From Pelagomonas calceolata (lineage: Eukaryota), in contig CAKKNE010000005.1 of assembly GCA_918797485.1 (NCBI GenBank), positions 3,410,001-3,474,000 of the forward strand: a DNA stretch of 64,000 nt, in the 5' to 3' direction. Positions 62,396-64,000 of this stretch are shown in pieces. The stretch's first letter is position 1. Every line of letters starts with the position of its first letter. The notes under the pieces were generated by a model. It was not told the DNA's origin, ran no database searches, and saw only the letters and a list, made by a program, of their open reading frames with translations. Both the position numbers and the translations under genes were made by a program.

Positions 62396-63081
62396 AAGCG
62401 ATATCTATCGGTACCGACGTCCGCGAGAATTCGCGGCAACGGCCGGGGCGCGACGCCGCTCGCGCGCCAGTACGCATCGCCGTAGTCCACGAGGACCTGG
62501 CCGCCGGGCGCGATGCCCTCTCTCGCGACGATGACGACGCGCAGCAGCCCGCGGTGGACGACGCGCACGATCTCGGCGTTCGGCTTGATAGATGTATGGT
62601 TCACAAAGCGCGCGGCGTTGCCGAACCGCCGCGCCGAGAGACGCAGCGGCTCGCCGGCGAGCGTCTCCGCGTAGCTCAGGCCGTAGGGATCGAACCCATC
62701 ATCCGTCGCGGGGGCTACGAGGCCGGCGTACTCGACAACGAGCGCACCGATAGAGATAGGCTCGACCGCGAAGACGCCGTAGCCGCCGGCCGATTCCAAA
62801 TCGACGATCTCGATGGCCTCGGCTCGCGACACGGGTGGCCCGTTTGCGTCTAGCGCCTCCGCGACGCCGAGTTCCGCGCTCGTCGGCGCCGGCGGGTACA
62901 CGAGCAATGCGCGATCGCGGAAGTGGCGCTCGTGGAGAAACGCAAGCGACGGCACCCACTCGAAGCCGGCGTCGCGGGACAAAATTTCCTGTGCCGCCGC
63001 GCCGGTGCTGCCGTAGACGATAGTAGCCTGTTCGGCGGCAGTCTCGCCGAACGTCCGGCCAGTGTCGAGGCACGTGATCAT
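62392..63081 (-). CDS. SET-domain lysine methyltransferase-like protein (229 aa)
   Basis: GYGVFA, VVEYAG, GNAARFVNH, QVLVDYGDAYW. Confidence 0.85.
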   Translation of the reverse strand: MITCLDTGRTFGETAAEQATIVYGSTGAAAQEILSRDAGFEWVPSLAFLHERHFRDRALLVYPPAPTSAELGVAEALDANGPPVSRAEAIEIVDLESAGGYGVFAVEPISIGALVVEYAGLVAPATDDGFDPYGLSYAETLAGEPLRLSARRFGNAARFVNHTSIKPNAEIVRVVHRGLLRVVIVAREGIAPGGQVLVDYGDAYWRASGVAPRPLPRILADVGTDRYRF

Positions 63082-63343
63082 TGGACCGCGCACACGCAGC
63101 CCGCGCCGCCCTCGTCCTTCGTGCCGAAATTGGTCTTTTGCGCCGCGGCGATGCGTTCCTGGTTGAGCTCCTCTTGGGTCATTTTCGATTCTCTTTCTTT
63201 GCGCGCTGCCTTCTCTTGGGGCGTCTCGAGCTTGGCCTGCGCGCGTCGTTGCGTCGATGGCGTGCAGGTGACAAATGCAGTCAAGGCAAAGTTGATTTGT
63301 GCACTGAGCTCACTGGTTGGAGCGAGCGGTCATAGCCGTACAT
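63078..63343 (-). CDS. 62-aa microprotein ending in CaaX (CVCAVQ); 2 exons (63343-63314, 63236-63078)
   Basis: aaaaATG context; canonical GTGAG...GCAG 77-nt intron in phase 0; MYGYDRSLQP|AKLETPQEKAARKERESKMTQEELNQERIAAAQKTNFGTKDEGGAGCVCAVQ. Confidence 0.7.
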
Positions 63344-63585
63344 TTTTATCAATCGAACGGTGCCCGAGAATCGATTCTTGCGCGAATCCGCGCTCCGCGG
63401 GCGCCGCTCTGCAAATCGGGTTCAGCAGTGCATGTCGCATCGACAGCTAGCTAGGCTCGTCGCCGTTCATGCCATCGATAGAACTTACCAGAAGGTCGCA
63501 AGAAATCATTGTTCCGGCCTTAAATTGAATCTGTGCAAAACTAGTACGGCAGAGAGCTCTGAGAGCCAGTGAGCTTGAGAGAGCC

Positions 63586-64000
63586 ATGAGTTACAAGGAC
63601 CGCGAGGCGGCCGGCGACCGGGCGGTCGCCGCTGCATCGGGCGCGAGCGCCCACGCGGCGGTTTCGTGCCGCATGGCCGCGACGACCATCGCTGCCATCG
63701 CGACGGCCGTCGACGCGCTGGACACCGTCGACGCCGACGAGCCGCGCGCGCGAGCGACGCCACCGCCCGTCCTGGCAACGCAAGGCACGGACGACGCCTG
63801 GGCCGACTGGCGAGGTTGCGTGTGCGGCGGCGGCGCCTACGGCGAGATGGTCGCCTGCGACGGCGGCTGCGACAACTGGTTCCACTTCGCGTGCGTGGGC
63901 CTCGCGAGCGCGCCGCGCGGCGAGTACATCTGCGACGCGTGCGGCGCGGGCTTTGGGTTCCGGCGCGCCTACGACGACGAGGATGACAGTGACGCGCGCG
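63586..64000 (+). CDS. PHD-finger protein (ING-like PHD); runs off the window
   Basis: Hand translation: CVCGGGAYGEMVACDGGCDNWFHFACVGLASAPRGEYICDAC (C4HC3). Confidence 0.85.
   Translation, partial: MSYKDREAAGDRAVAAASGASAHAAVSCRMAATTIAAIATAVDALDTVDADEPRARATPPPVLATQGTDDAWADWRGCVCGGGAYGEMVACDGGCDNWFHFACVGLASAPRGEYICDACGAGFGFRRAYDDEDDSDAR

Overview
GC-rich, very gene-dense eukaryotic nuclear DNA from a stramenopile alga. A pelagophyte such as Pelagomonas or Aureococcus is inferred from the mastigoneme gene, the introner-type introns and the expanded MYND-RINGv-TPR family; no database search was run. About 40 protein-coding genes have short intergenic spacers and few, short introns. Housekeeping genes include UTP15, TTI1, kinesin-14, HPPK-DHPS, ATP11, plastid RPL9, cardiolipin synthase and an FKBP. 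Main points: (1) a 21-23 bp element with inverted ends, CTAGTG(T/C)(C/G)TTACA-N-CGCTAG, occurs 11 times and always lies about 100-235 bp upstream of a start codon; (2) two transposon-derived introns have TIRs and 8-bp target-site duplications, and a shared core motif runs through most introns; (3) a 2148-aa FAAL-ACP-KS-ACP-condensation enzyme has no recognisable AT or TE domain; (4) a sedoheptulose-7-phosphate cyclase (EEVS-like) carries a SnoaL-like N-terminal extension; (5) a 62-aa CaaX microprotein has a stop codon overlapping the start of a SET-domain ORF (ATGA), suggesting a bicistronic unit; (6) two secretory-pathway torsin/ClpB-like AAA+ proteins sit head to head. No rRNA, tRNA or CRISPR array was recognised. 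All splice models were worked out by hand and need RNA-seq confirmation.
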